Assembly: GCA_040396875.1 (NCBI GenBank)
Contig: JBBAWZ010000001.1
Coordinates: forward strand, 174,198 to 238,197
Direction of reading: 5' to 3'
Length of the DNA: 64,000 nt
Source of the DNA: Bacilli bacterium
GTDB lineage: Bacteria > Bacillota_I > Bacilli_A > RFN20 > CAG-826
Of the stretch, positions 20,635 to 29,607 are shown piece after piece. The translations under genes and the position numbers were made by a program. Each line of letters opens with the position of its first letter. Within the stretch, counting starts at the first letter, position 1. The notes below the pieces were generated by a model. That model was not told the origin of the DNA. It saw only the letters and a list, made by a program, of their open reading frames with translations, and searched no databases.

Positions 20635-21890
20635 TTTAAACCCTTCATCTTGTTTTCGAGTTGATCAAGTTCACCTTCATCAACGTTGTTCACTGGAATT
20701 TTAGTATCGCTATTTGCATTCGAAATAGTAGGTTCTAGGATTTCTTTTTTCATTGGAGCTTTCGATGGTCTTGGTTGACTTAATTGATAAAAATAATCCA
20801 TGGTATCGATGGCATGTTGAACGTTAGCTCGGGTTAAACTACCTGCTAATTTTTCAACATATCTTGAACTTAAAACATTATTTTGGGTGGTTAAGACATG
20901 GTGGATTAATGCATTAATCACACTGGTTGGTAAGGCATATTGATTTTGTAATCGCAGTAAGAGACTAAAGTCTGCAGGAGAGACTTCTGCACCTTGTTGT
21001 TTCATCATTAAAAAGTCTACAGGAGACATCATTTCCATTTGATTCATTAATTTTGCTTGGGTTGAAGTTTCTTGTAATTGAACCTTTTGTTGTTGCCTTT
21101 GTCGAATAAAGGAAGGTATACGTTTTTCTTGGCGGGCTGCTTGCATCACCTTATCCATGTTTAAACGGTGATTTAAATCTAGATTGGTTCCAACAATATC
21201 GGCAGCGGCAAGCTCATCTAATCCCGTTAAGGCTGCGATAGACACCATTTGTTTAATGTCTTCTGCATTGAGTTTTTTAACATCAATAGAAAATTGATGT
21301 TGTAATTGTTCTGCAAATTTTAATTGATCAAAAGGTTGTCTGATTTCTGCTAATGATTTTCCTTTAACATTTGAATGGGCTTGATTTAAAAATGCTGGAT
21401 GATTTAAATCTGGATGGAATACTTCTCCAAAACTAATTGAGACTTCCTTGGATTGTGGGTCAATAGCAGGTGTCATGTATTTGGCTTCAATTTTTTTGAG
21501 GTACAAATTATTCGTTCGTTGAATCAATAAACCCTTTAGAATAGGATCATCCATAAAGGCTTTTGGAGATTTAGGGGCGTAAAGAGAAAATGTAAATAGG
21601 TTCGTTTTTTCAAAGGTTTGGTGGTACGTTCTCAAAAGCCCAACCGCCTCTAATTGAGTTCTGGCAGATTGAAAGGTTTGTGGGGAAGTTTGAAAATATG
21701 ATAGAAAAGTTGAAAAAATAATTTGATTTCCCTCTAATAATTGATCTTGTTGCTTTAAGCCACCATATAATCCAAGAGCCTCTACACCAAGAAATGGGGC
21801 ATAAGCTTCAAATAAAAATTCTAGATCCAACGAAGATATCATTGATTCTGAGCGTATTTGAATAAAATCTTGACTCGTAATAATTTTCAT
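20631..21890 (-). CDS. dnaB: replication initiation/membrane attachment protein (Bacillus DnaB type, DnaD-like domains)
   Basis: 419 aa. The call rests on its position immediately upstream of dnaI and on length and composition consistent with Firmicute DnaB. It relies mainly on synteny. Confidence 0.65.
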   Translation of the reverse strand: MKIITSQDFIQIRSESMISSLDLEFLFEAYAPFLGVEALGLYGGLKQQDQLLEGNQIIFSTFLSYFQTSPQTFQSARTQLEAVGLLRTYHQTFEKTNLFTFSLYAPKSPKAFMDDPILKGLLIQRTNNLYLKKIEAKYMTPAIDPQSKEVSISFGEVFHPDLNHPAFLNQAHSNVKGKSLAEIRQPFDQLKFAEQLQHQFSIDVKKLNAEDIKQMVSIAALTGLDELAAADIVGTNLDLNHRLNMDKVMQAARQEKRIPSFIRQRQQQKVQLQETSTQAKLMNQMEMMSPVDFLMMKQQGAEVSPADFSLLLRLQNQYALPTSVINALIHHVLTTQNNVLSSRYVEKLAGSLTRANVQHAIDTMDYFYQLSQPRPSKAPMKKEILEPTISNANSDTKIPVNNVDEGELDQLENKMKGLK

Positions 21891-21894
21891 AGAA

Positions 21895-21914
21895 GGTTAT
21901 TATAAATTATAACC
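21895..21914 (-). promoter_or_regulatory. inverted repeat GGTTAT-N8-ATAACC containing two TATAAT boxes; proximal box ends 8 nt before the dnaB-type ATG
   Basis: The minus strand reads GGTTATAATTTATAATAACCTTCTATG. No SD is present. Confidence 0.35.
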
Positions 21915-22013
21915 GATTAAATTGAAAAGAAATGTAAGTTTATTTGCATCAAGGTTTCATTGCTTAAGTACCCCAATTTTGATAGCATTATGAATGAAAC
22001 GAGAATGTAGACA

Positions 22014-22826
22014 ATGACCCACTTAATGTTCGATGGTTATGGAGTAAAAGCGACGATTCCTCTTGGGGATAGTAACTTTATCAATCAAACGATTAATTTA
22101 GTGCTTTTTGATTTAAAAATTAAACCAATTTCACCAGCTTACTTATTACCCTATGACTATGGATTAATTCCGCTTGATGAGGGCTTATCAAGTTATATTT
22201 TTCTAGAAGGTGGTCATTTAACCATCCATACATTCCCGCTCAGAGGTTGTTATTTTGTTGACCTAAGCACCCAACATGATATTGATGCAGCCTTATTTCA
22301 TAAGGTTTTACAACGTTATTGGCCAAGTGCAAATCAGAAAAGTAGACTCTTCAGAGCTAATCGAAATGGTGTTAATCAATCAGAGCAATTCGATCCAAAA
22401 TCAGTTTTTGGTCCACACGTCATGGCAACAATACAATTGAAATCACCAATTAGTCTAGAAACAACAAACCGTTTTTTAGAAGGTTTAATTAAAGACATTG
22501 GCATGACTCCAATTACAAGAGCCTTTGGAATCTACAATCAATATAGCAACCCAACTTTTTTATCGAGTATCGTCATGATTGCTGAATCCCATTTATCGAT
22601 TCATTTGAACTTGAAAGAAAACGTGATGTACTTTGATATCTTCTCCTGCAAAATGTTTGATTATGCTAGTGTTCAAGGTTTACTTGGAAAAATGGGACAT
22701 GTAAAAAGTTGGCATGTCGTTGCACGCGGAGAAAAACACGATCCTAGATCAACGAAAAGACAAGCAAAAACATCCATGAGCGCAAAAGCAAAACAAGCTT
22801 TAAATTGGTGGAAAGAAACGAAATGA
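22014..22826 (+). CDS. tandem two-domain S-adenosylmethionine decarboxylase (SpeD/AdoMetDC class 1)-like pyruvoyl-enzyme homologue
   Basis: Domain 1 has LEGGHLTIHTFPLRGCYFVDLST, with the ES cleavage pair replaced by GG. Domain 2 has IAESHLSIHLNLKENVMYFDIFSC, with ES and Cys intact. Both align by eye to B. subtilis SpeD ([24 protein letters not shown]). Confidence 0.6.
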   Translation: MTHLMFDGYGVKATIPLGDSNFINQTINLVLFDLKIKPISPAYLLPYDYGLIPLDEGLSSYIFLEGGHLTIHTFPLRGCYFVDLSTQHDIDAALFHKVLQRYWPSANQKSRLFRANRNGVNQSEQFDPKSVFGPHVMATIQLKSPISLETTNRFLEGLIKDIGMTPITRAFGIYNQYSNPTFLSSIVMIAESHLSIHLNLKENVMYFDIFSCKMFDYASVQGLLGKMGHVKSWHVVARGEKHDPRSTKRQAKTSMSAKAKQALNWWKETK

Positions 22827-23785
22827 AAGCTTTAAATATTGGTGTCCTGACTTCTGGTGGTGATTCACCCGGAATGAACGCTGCCATTAGGGCAATCATT
22901 CGCGCAGGAATTAGCCACGGTCATCAAATGTATGCCATTTATAATGGCTATCGAGGATTGGTCTCGGGACAAATCGAAAAAGTTGATCGCTCTTTTGTTT
23001 CACAAATCATCAATAAAGGTGGAACGATTCTTCGTTCTGCACGTCTACCTGAATTTATCGATGCCAACATTCGTGAAGAAGGCGTTAAGCAACTTAAGAA
23101 ATTCGGTATTAATGCGTTGGTCGTCATTGGTGGAGATGGTACTTATCGTGGTGCAAAAGATTTATCAGATATGGGGATTAACTGTATTGGTTTACCAGGA
23201 ACGATTGATAATGATATTGCTTGCACCGATTACACCATTGGATTTGATACGTGTCTCAATACCATCGTTAATGCAGTCGATAAACTTCGAGATACAACCT
23301 TCTCCCATCAACGGTGTTCCATCATTGAAGTGATGGGTAATCGTGCAGGAGATCTAGCAATTTATGCTGGTTTAGCATGCGGCGCAGAATTAACGATTTC
23401 CGGTGATAATTTTATGCCTTTGCAAGAAATGATTGAACGCTTAAAGTTTCAAAAAGCAACCAGTAAAAACCACGCGATGGTCATTGTTTCTGAAAAACTA
23501 TTTGATCTTCAAGAATTGGCCCGTTTTATCCAACAAGAAACTGGTTTTGAAGTGAGAACAGAAGTTTTAGGGCGAATTCAACGAGGTGGTTCTCCGTCTG
23601 CTTTTGATCGCATTCTTGCCTCACGGATGGGCGAATACGCCGTGCAATGTTTAAATGAAGGGAAGACCAGTCGCTGTATTGGAGTCCGCGGCCAACAACT
23701 TGTGGATTTTGATATTTACGAAGCACTTGCCATGCAACGAGCAAAGCATTCTAGCATCGTAAACGTGATTGATCGGTTGAAATAA
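22823..23785 (+). CDS. pfkA: ATP-dependent 6-phosphofructokinase
   Basis: MKALNIGVLTSGGDSPGMNAAIR, GGDGTYRGA and GLPGTIDNDI. The ATG at 22823 forms an ATGA overlap with the upstream stop. The track start at 22805 is less likely. Confidence 0.95.
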   Translation: MKALNIGVLTSGGDSPGMNAAIRAIIRAGISHGHQMYAIYNGYRGLVSGQIEKVDRSFVSQIINKGGTILRSARLPEFIDANIREEGVKQLKKFGINALVVIGGDGTYRGAKDLSDMGINCIGLPGTIDNDIACTDYTIGFDTCLNTIVNAVDKLRDTTFSHQRCSIIEVMGNRAGDLAIYAGLACGAELTISGDNFMPLQEMIERLKFQKATSKNHAMVIVSEKLFDLQELARFIQQETGFEVRTEVLGRIQRGGSPSAFDRILASRMGEYAVQCLNEGKTSRCIGVRGQQLVDFDIYEALAMQRAKHSSIVNVIDRLK

Positions 23786-23786
23786 C

Positions 23787-25244
23787 ATGATGTATCGATT
23801 TGATAAAAAGACGAAAATTGTTGCCACGATTGGTCCTGCATCTGAAACGTATGAAAAACTTTTGGAGTTGGTAGATGCTGGGATGAATGTCATGCGGGTT
23901 AACTTTTCGCATGGTGATTATCCAACCCATCTTAAAAAATTTGAAATGGCGAAGCGATTGGAAAAAGAAAAAGGCATCTATATTCCTGTGATGCTAGATT
24001 CACGAGGTCCAGAAATTCGAGTAGGCATGTTTGAAAATGATTCAGCCTTAATTAAGCAAGATAGTATCGTTCGCGTAAGTATGAAACCTGTTTTAGGTAA
24101 TGCTTCAATCTTTTCCGTATCGTATGCAGATTTGTATGAAGATGTGAAAGTTGGCGATCAATTAAGAATTGATGATGGTAATTTAGCTTTATTAATAGTT
24201 GAAAAAGATCGCATACAACATCAACTTGTTTGTAAAGCTTTAAATACGCACACCATAAAAAATCGTAAGGGTTTAAATGCTCCATTTGCTCGATTATCGA
24301 TGCCGTTTATCTCTGCACAAGATGAGGCCGATTTTAAATTTGGTTGTGAACATGATGTGAATTATATTGCAGCAAGTTTTACGAGAAGGAAACAAGATGT
24401 CTTGGACATTCGAGCGATTTTAGAAAAATATGGTAAACCCAATATTCAAATTATTGCAAAAATTGAAAACCCAGAAGGGGTTAGTAATTTAGAAGAAATT
24501 CTTGAAGCCGCAGATGGCATCATGGTTGCACGTGGTGACTTAGGTGTTGAAATTGCCGCTGAGCAAGTTCCGATTGTTCAAAAAAGAATTGTATCGATGT
24601 GTCGCCGAGTTGGTAAACCAGTGATTACGGCAACGCAAATGTTAGATAGCATGGTCAACATGCCAAGACCAACACGAGCTGAAGTTTCTGACGTTGCTAA
24701 TGCCATTTTGGAAAGTAGTGATGCGGTCATGCTGTCAGCAGAATCTGCTAGCGGCAAATATCCCGTTGAATCCGTAAACATGCAAGCCAAGATTGCTCAA
24801 ACCATGGAAAAAGAATTGGATTATTTAAAAATGTCCAATCAAGCTTACGAAAGTAGCAAGAAGATTAACTCAGATGCAATCGCAAACTCAGTTGCCAACA
24901 CTGCCTTATTAATCAACGCTCAAGCCATCATTACATTTACAGAAACAGGTGGAGCTGCCCGTCGAATTTCTAAGGCTAGACCTTCTTGCCCGATTTTTGC
25001 AATCAGTGATCGACGTGAAACGGTTTTATCCTTAGGATTGGTTTGGGGTGTGTACGCTTTTTATGCAAAAACCCTTCCACAATTTATCGAGGATATGGAA
25101 GCATTTGCAATCTTAAAAGCTCGACAAATCGGATTAAAACCAGGGGCAAATATTCTCTTAACCGGTGGCGTTCCAACGGGTGTTGGTTCCACTAACTTTA
25201 TGAAAATATTAACCTTAAAGGACCTCAAAGAAGAATCCCTATGA
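23787..25244 (+). CDS. pyk: pyruvate kinase
   Basis: 485 aa with KIVATIGPAS, MRVNFSHG, IAKIENPEGV and MVARGDLGVEI. Confidence 0.95.
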   Translation: MMYRFDKKTKIVATIGPASETYEKLLELVDAGMNVMRVNFSHGDYPTHLKKFEMAKRLEKEKGIYIPVMLDSRGPEIRVGMFENDSALIKQDSIVRVSMKPVLGNASIFSVSYADLYEDVKVGDQLRIDDGNLALLIVEKDRIQHQLVCKALNTHTIKNRKGLNAPFARLSMPFISAQDEADFKFGCEHDVNYIAASFTRRKQDVLDIRAILEKYGKPNIQIIAKIENPEGVSNLEEILEAADGIMVARGDLGVEIAAEQVPIVQKRIVSMCRRVGKPVITATQMLDSMVNMPRPTRAEVSDVANAILESSDAVMLSAESASGKYPVESVNMQAKIAQTMEKELDYLKMSNQAYESSKKINSDAIANSVANTALLINAQAIITFTETGGAARRISKARPSCPIFAISDRRETVLSLGLVWGVYAFYAKTLPQFIEDMEAFAILKARQIGLKPGANILLTGGVPTGVGSTNFMKILTLKDLKEESL

Positions 25245-26077
25245 AATATGTGATTGCCCTTGATATTGGCGGAACCAATCTAAGAGCAGCTTTGGTTAAT
25301 GAAAGTTATCAAATCGTTCATTTAGTTGTTGAACCAACTCCTTTAAATGATGTTCAAGCATTTTTAAAGCAAATTAAAAAAAGTATTGATGCTCTATTAA
25401 AAAAGCAGCCTATTATTCATGCGATTGCATGCGGTGTTCCCGGTCGAGTTGATGTATTAGGTGGCATTGATATTTTGCCAAATATTGGGATTCGTCAAGT
25501 TCCACTTCAATCCTTTTTGGAAACCACCTATCGGTTACCAATCATCATTAAAAACGATGCAGTCATGGCTGCGGTTGCTGAAGGCAATTTAGGTTATGGA
25601 AAAGCTTTAGAATCAAGTTACTTTATCACCCTTTCAACCGGCATTGGCGCAGCATTTGTTGCTAATCACGATTTAAGACATTCTTCCGAAGAAGCTGGAC
25701 ATATGTTAGTGCGTTTAGGAAATGGATACGAAGAATTAGAAAAAGTGGCAAGTGGACAAGGCATTGTCAAATTAGCTGCATTTCACGGTGTTTCAGTTCC
25801 TGATGCAAAAACTTTTTTTGAACGTTACGGAAAAGGTGATGTCTTAATCAAACCTATTTTTAAAAGTTGGTTAGGATATGTCACGGACTTTTTAAAATGG
25901 GTAGATCATTACTATCAGCCTAAAGCTTTTATTCTCACCGGCGGTGTGATGAAATCAAAAGACTATTTTTGGAAAGACATACAAGCTGCCGTTCCTCATA
26001 TTCCCCTAGCCTTAGCCCAATTCGGTCAAGACGCTGGAATCATTGGGGCAGCGAATTTAGCTTTTTCCTTGAAATAA
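25241..26077 (+). CDS. ROK-family sugar kinase (probable glucokinase)
   Basis: 278 aa with N-terminal ALDIGGTNLRAALV and LSTGIGAAF. It is short and lacks the Cys-rich ROK zinc motif by eye. Confidence 0.75.
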   Translation: MKYVIALDIGGTNLRAALVNESYQIVHLVVEPTPLNDVQAFLKQIKKSIDALLKKQPIIHAIACGVPGRVDVLGGIDILPNIGIRQVPLQSFLETTYRLPIIIKNDAVMAAVAEGNLGYGKALESSYFITLSTGIGAAFVANHDLRHSSEEAGHMLVRLGNGYEELEKVASGQGIVKLAAFHGVSVPDAKTFFERYGKGDVLIKPIFKSWLGYVTDFLKWVDHYYQPKAFILTGGVMKSKDYFWKDIQAAVPHIPLALAQFGQDAGIIGAANLAFSLK

Positions 26078-26083
26078 TTGCAC
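26078..26083 (+). other. -35 element of the thrS promoter, directly abutting the stop of the ROK kinase gene
   Basis: The ROK kinase stop codon (TAA) ends at 26077 and TTGCAC starts at 26078. Confidence 0.4.
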
Positions 26084-26105
26084 TTCATTGAATTCGTTAT
26101 ATAAT
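26078..26105 (+). promoter_or_regulatory. sigma-A type promoter for thrS leader (TTGCAC-16-TATAAT)
   Basis: TTGCAC lies at 26078-26083 and TATAAT at 26100-26105. Confidence 0.6.
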
Positions 26106-26322
26106 TAAATCAGCGTTAAAGAAGCTTTGTGAAATGACATCGCGTATAGAGAGTTAAGAAGCGTTGGTGAAATCTTAACCGCATCCCATTCCGCATCACC
26201 ACTTCTATTAAAAGTAACGCACCGTTTGCTCGCGTTAAGAGCCATGAGTGTACATGCCCTATGCATGTAAATTAAGGTGGTACCACGCACGTGAAGCGTC
26301 CTTATGAATGGACGTTTTTTTA
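26106..26322 (+). promoter_or_regulatory. T-box leader (Thr) with terminator
   Basis: Stem I elements are present (AGAGAG, GGTGAAA). The candidate specifier is ACC followed by A at 26198-26201. The T-box sequence AAATTAAGGTGGTACCACGC lies at 26269-26288. It is followed by the hairpin GCGTCC..GGACGT, a T7 run, the SD AAAGGAG and the ATG at 26338. Confidence 0.85.
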
Positions 26323-26337
26323 TTTAAAGGAGAACTT

Positions 26338-28251
26338 ATGAACATTACCCTACCCGATGGCAAAACCATGAATCTAAAACCCGGCATGACCGGACTCGAT
26401 GTGGCAACGCAAATTTCACCATCCTTAGCAAAACGCGTCCTCGCTTACGCGTTGGATGGTCAACTCTTTGATTTATATTGGCCCATTCCTAAAGATGGTC
26501 AATTTAAGTTATTAACAGAAAAAGATCCAGAAACTTTAATGATGCTTCGTCATGATGCCTCACATTTATTGGCACAAGCGATCATCGCCTTATATCCAGG
26601 CACGAAATTCGGTGTTGGTCCTGCCATCGATGAAGGTTTTTATTATGATATGGACCTTTCACAACCCATCAGTGAAGAAGATTTCCCCAAAATAGAAACT
26701 AAAATGATTGAATTAGCAAAACAAGCTTTTCCAATTGTTAGAAAAGAAATTTCGAAAAAAGATGCTTTGATATTATTCAAAGATGATCCATATAAAACAG
26801 AGATGATTCAAGCTTTAACGGGAACGATTTCAATTTATACCCAAGGTGCATTTACGGATTTATGTTTAGGACCTCACTTTATCAATACGAGCTATAACCA
26901 AAACTTTAAACTATTAAACACGGCTGGTGCCTATTGGCGTGGAGACAGCAAAAACAAACAACTGACACGAATTTATGGCACAGCTTTTTTTAATAAAAAA
27001 GATTTAGATGCTTATGTGGTGATGCTAGAAGAAAGAAAAAAACGTGACCATCGAAAATTAGGTAAGGAACTTGGTTTATTCATGATTTCAGATTATGGTC
27101 CTGGTTTTCCTTTCTGGTTAAATAAAGGGATGATTTTAAGAAAAACCTTAGAAAATTTTTGGATTGATGTTCATCGGGCAGCAGGTTATCAACTCGTTCA
27201 AACGCCAACCATGCTATCGAAAGAATTATGGGAAACATCAGGTCATTGGTTTAATTACCGCGACAATATGTATGTTTCTGAAGTGGATGAAAAAGAATAT
27301 GCAATTAAGCCCATGAACTGTCCTGGGAGTATGTTGGTTTATAAGAATGAATTCTACTCCTATAAAGATTTACCCATTCGAATGGGGGAATTAGGAAACG
27401 TTCATCGCCATGAAGCGAGTGGTGCCTTATCAGGATTATTCCGTGTGCGTAATTTCACCCAAGATGACGCACATATTTACTGCACGCCCGAACAACTTGA
27501 AAGCGAAGTAAGAGAAATCGTAAAACTATTTGATTTCTTTTATAAGAAAGTATTCCATATCGATTATGATGTTTATCTTTCTACACGACCCGAAAATAAA
27601 TATATCGGTACACTTGAAACTTGGGCAAAATCAGAAAAAGCTCTTGGTGATGCACTCACTGGTATGGGGAAAACCTTTAAAATCAATCCAGGAGACGGAG
27701 CCTTTTATGGACCCAAACTTGATTTTAAGTTAAAGGACTCCGTCGGTCGTACTTGGCAATGTGGCACCGTTCAATTAGATATGAATAACCCTGAACGCTT
27801 TGATCTTACCTATGTTAATGAAAAGAATGAAAAAGTCAGACCTGTCATGCTTCATCGCGTGGTTTATGGTTCACTTGAACGATTCATCGGCATCTTAATT
27901 GAGCACTATGCGGGAGCCTTTCCAACATGGTTAGCGCCAGTCCAAATTAAAATCCTTCCTGTTAATCAAAGTTTCCATCTTGATTATAGTTACGCATTCA
28001 AGAAAGCAGCAGCTTCCTTAGGTTTACGTGCCGAGGTCGACGCAAGCAATGAAAAATTAGGTTATCGAATTCGTAATGCCCAAGTTGAAAAAGTACCTTA
28101 TTCAGTTGTCATTGGTGACAAAGAACGCGATGGTCATATGATTACGTATCGACCATATGGATCTGAAGAGCAAATTACAGTTTCCATGGAAAGCTTTTTA
28201 CAAAAAGTGCTCAAAGAAGTCACGGATATCACCAATTTAAGAATTGAATAA
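26338..28251 (+). CDS. thrS: threonine--tRNA ligase
   Basis: It begins MNITLPDGK (TGS domain) and has the class II motif HRHEASGALSGLFRVRNFTQDDAHIY. The ATG at 26338 is 6 nt after AAAGGAG. The track start at 26308 lies inside the leader terminator. Confidence 0.95.
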   Translation: MNITLPDGKTMNLKPGMTGLDVATQISPSLAKRVLAYALDGQLFDLYWPIPKDGQFKLLTEKDPETLMMLRHDASHLLAQAIIALYPGTKFGVGPAIDEGFYYDMDLSQPISEEDFPKIETKMIELAKQAFPIVRKEISKKDALILFKDDPYKTEMIQALTGTISIYTQGAFTDLCLGPHFINTSYNQNFKLLNTAGAYWRGDSKNKQLTRIYGTAFFNKKDLDAYVVMLEERKKRDHRKLGKELGLFMISDYGPGFPFWLNKGMILRKTLENFWIDVHRAAGYQLVQTPTMLSKELWETSGHWFNYRDNMYVSEVDEKEYAIKPMNCPGSMLVYKNEFYSYKDLPIRMGELGNVHRHEASGALSGLFRVRNFTQDDAHIYCTPEQLESEVREIVKLFDFFYKKVFHIDYDVYLSTRPENKYIGTLETWAKSEKALGDALTGMGKTFKINPGDGAFYGPKLDFKLKDSVGRTWQCGTVQLDMNNPERFDLTYVNEKNEKVRPVMLHRVVYGSLERFIGILIEHYAGAFPTWLAPVQIKILPVNQSFHLDYSYAFKKAAASLGLRAEVDASNEKLGYRIRNAQVEKVPYSVVIGDKERDGHMITYRPYGSEEQITVSMESFLQKVLKEVTDITNLRIE

Positions 28252-28279
28252 TTGACTTTTGTTTTAACTATGATATATT
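28252..28279 (+). promoter_or_regulatory. promoter for infC-rpmI-rplT (TTGACT-16-TGaTATATT)
   Basis: TTGACT lies at 28252-28257, immediately after the thrS stop. The extended -10 TGATATATT lies at 28271-28279. Confidence 0.6.
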
Positions 28280-28404
28280 TAGCGTTGTAAAAATAGAAAG
28301 TAGAGGCGTCCGCTTCTCACCTGATTCTGATTCAGAATGGGTCAATCGCTAGGAATTTAAACTTCTAAGATTGAATAATGGACGCTGCTCGCGTCCATTT
28401 TTAT
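28280..28404 (+). promoter_or_regulatory. L20-leader-like transcription attenuator upstream of infC
   Basis: A perfect 8-bp terminator hairpin, ATGGACGC-tgctc-GCGTCCAT, lies at 28378-28398 and is followed by TTTTTATTT. An upstream copy of GCGTCC at ~28306-28311 could pair with GGACGC as an antiterminator. The location matches the Firmicute infC operon leader. Confidence 0.6.
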
Positions 28405-28424
28405 TTAAAAGGAGTGTGATCTAT

Positions 28425-28976
28425 ATAGCTTACATGAACGCCCCCATTCGCCCTGAAAAGAAAAATAACGGTGATCTCATCAATAATCAAATCCGCTTTG
28501 CTCAAGTCCTTGTGATTGATCAAAACGGTAAACAACTTGGTGTGATGAATAGTTACCAAGCAAATCAACTCGCTGAACAAGCTGGCCTAGACTTAATGTG
28601 TGTTGCACCTGGCGCAAAACCGCCTGTCTGTAAGATTCTAGACTATGGTAAATATCGCTTCGAACAACAAAAGAAAGCGAAAGAAGCGAAAAAGAATCAA
28701 CACATCATCGATATTAAAGAAATTCAAATTAGTCCTCAAATCGGTGAACACGATTTACAAGTCAAAGTGAAAGCTGCCATCGGTTTCTTTCAAGAAGGTG
28801 ATAAGGTCAAACTTGTCCTTCGTTATAAAGGTAGACAAATGGCGCACCAAGACTTTGGGGTGGAAATGGTCAATAAATTTATCGAATCAGTTAAAGATGT
28901 ATCCATGGTTGAAAAAAGACCTGAACTTGAAGGAAAGTTACTCATTACAATCCTTGCAAGTACAGTTAAAAAGTAA
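28425..28976 (+). CDS. infC: translation initiation factor IF-3
   Basis: INNQIRFAQVLVIDQNGKQLGV...PPVCKILDYGKYRFEQQKK. The start is uncertain: the SD GGAG ends at 28414, in-frame ATA is at 28425 (10-nt spacing), and ATG is at 28434 (19-nt spacing). The track start at 28371 lies inside the attenuator. Confidence 0.9.
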   Translation: MAYMNAPIRPEKKNNGDLINNQIRFAQVLVIDQNGKQLGVMNSYQANQLAEQAGLDLMCVAPGAKPPVCKILDYGKYRFEQQKKAKEAKKNQHIIDIKEIQISPQIGEHDLQVKVKAAIGFFQEGDKVKLVLRYKGRQMAHQDFGVEMVNKFIESVKDVSMVEKRPELEGKLLITILASTVKK

Positions 28977-28991
28977 AGGAGCTATCAATGT

Positions 28992-29195
28992 ATGGCAAAA
29001 AAATATAAATTGAAATCAAAGCGAGCATTAATGAAGCGCGTGAGAATAACCAAAAGTGGAAAACTCATTCGTAAGTCTGCATACACTGGACACTTATCTC
29101 GCCACAAATCCTCAAAGCAAAAACGTCAAGCAAGAAAATCACGGCAAATCTCGGCTTCTGATTATAAACGAATCAAAGTCCTGTTAGGCCGCTAG
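28992..29195 (+). CDS. rpmI: 50S ribosomal protein L35
   Basis: 67 aa and basic (KSAYTGHLSRHKSSKQKRQARK). It sits between infC and rplT. Confidence 0.9.
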   Translation: MAKKYKLKSKRALMKRVRITKSGKLIRKSAYTGHLSRHKSSKQKRQARKSRQISASDYKRIKVLLGR

Positions 29196-29207
29196 GAGGA
29201 ATGAACC

Positions 29208-29564
29208 ATGAGAGTAAAAGGTGGAACCGTAAGTCGTGCTCGTCGTAAACGTGTTTTGAATCGTGCTGAAGGTTATTTCGGCGCAAGACACCGTCTTTTT
29301 AGAACCGCTAAACAAGCGGTCATGCGCGCCAGATTGTATGCTTATCGCGATCGTCGTACCATCAAACGTGACTTCCGTAAATTATGGATTAAACGTATCA
29401 ATGCAGCAGTCCGTACTTATGAATTATCCTATAGTCAATTCATGTTCGGTCTCAAACAAGCTGGTATTACGGTCAACCGTAAAATGCTTTCTGAGTTAGC
29501 GATTCATGATCAAGCAAGTTTCAAAACCCTCGTCGAAACTGCAAAGAAAAATCTAAAGGCTTAA
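29208..29564 (+). CDS. rplT: 50S ribosomal protein L20
   Basis: 118 aa, beginning [17 protein letters not shown]. Confidence 0.95.
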   Translation: MRVKGGTVSRARRKRVLNRAEGYFGARHRLFRTAKQAVMRARLYAYRDRRTIKRDFRKLWIKRINAAVRTYELSYSQFMFGLKQAGITVNRKMLSELAIHDQASFKTLVETAKKNLKA

Positions 29565-29574
29565 AAGAATTCAT

Positions 29575-29607
29575 CAAAAAAACTCGGTCATCCAACCGAG
29601 TTTTTTA
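29575..29607. terminator. bidirectional intrinsic terminator between rplT and the convergent ezrA-like gene
   Basis: AAAAAA-ACTCGGT-catcca-ACCGAGT-TTTTTT: a 7-bp GC-containing stem flanked by an A-run and a T-run. Confidence 0.7.

Noticed and set aside
22932-23333. 133-aa same-strand alternative-frame ORF
   Set aside because: It is embedded in pfkA, whose frame carries all PFK motifs. This ORF has no SD and no motif, and is most likely a chance open frame.
26105-26290. 61-aa minus-strand ORF between the ROK kinase gene and thrS
   Set aside because: The region is fully explained by the Thr T-box leader on the + strand. The similar 61-aa ORFs at 2911-3096 and 42855-43040 coincide with the Phe and Leu T-box leaders and are rejected for the same reason.
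26308-26337. Longer N-terminal extensions offered by the ORF track (thrS 26308, infC 28371, pepP 58855, S-component 39897, pfkA 22805, NAPRTase 35581, ytpR-like 36164)
   Set aside because: Each extension runs through a terminator or leader, or through the preceding gene. Each downstream start has a better SD or a stop/start overlap and matches the expected family N-terminus. I kept them only as alternatives.
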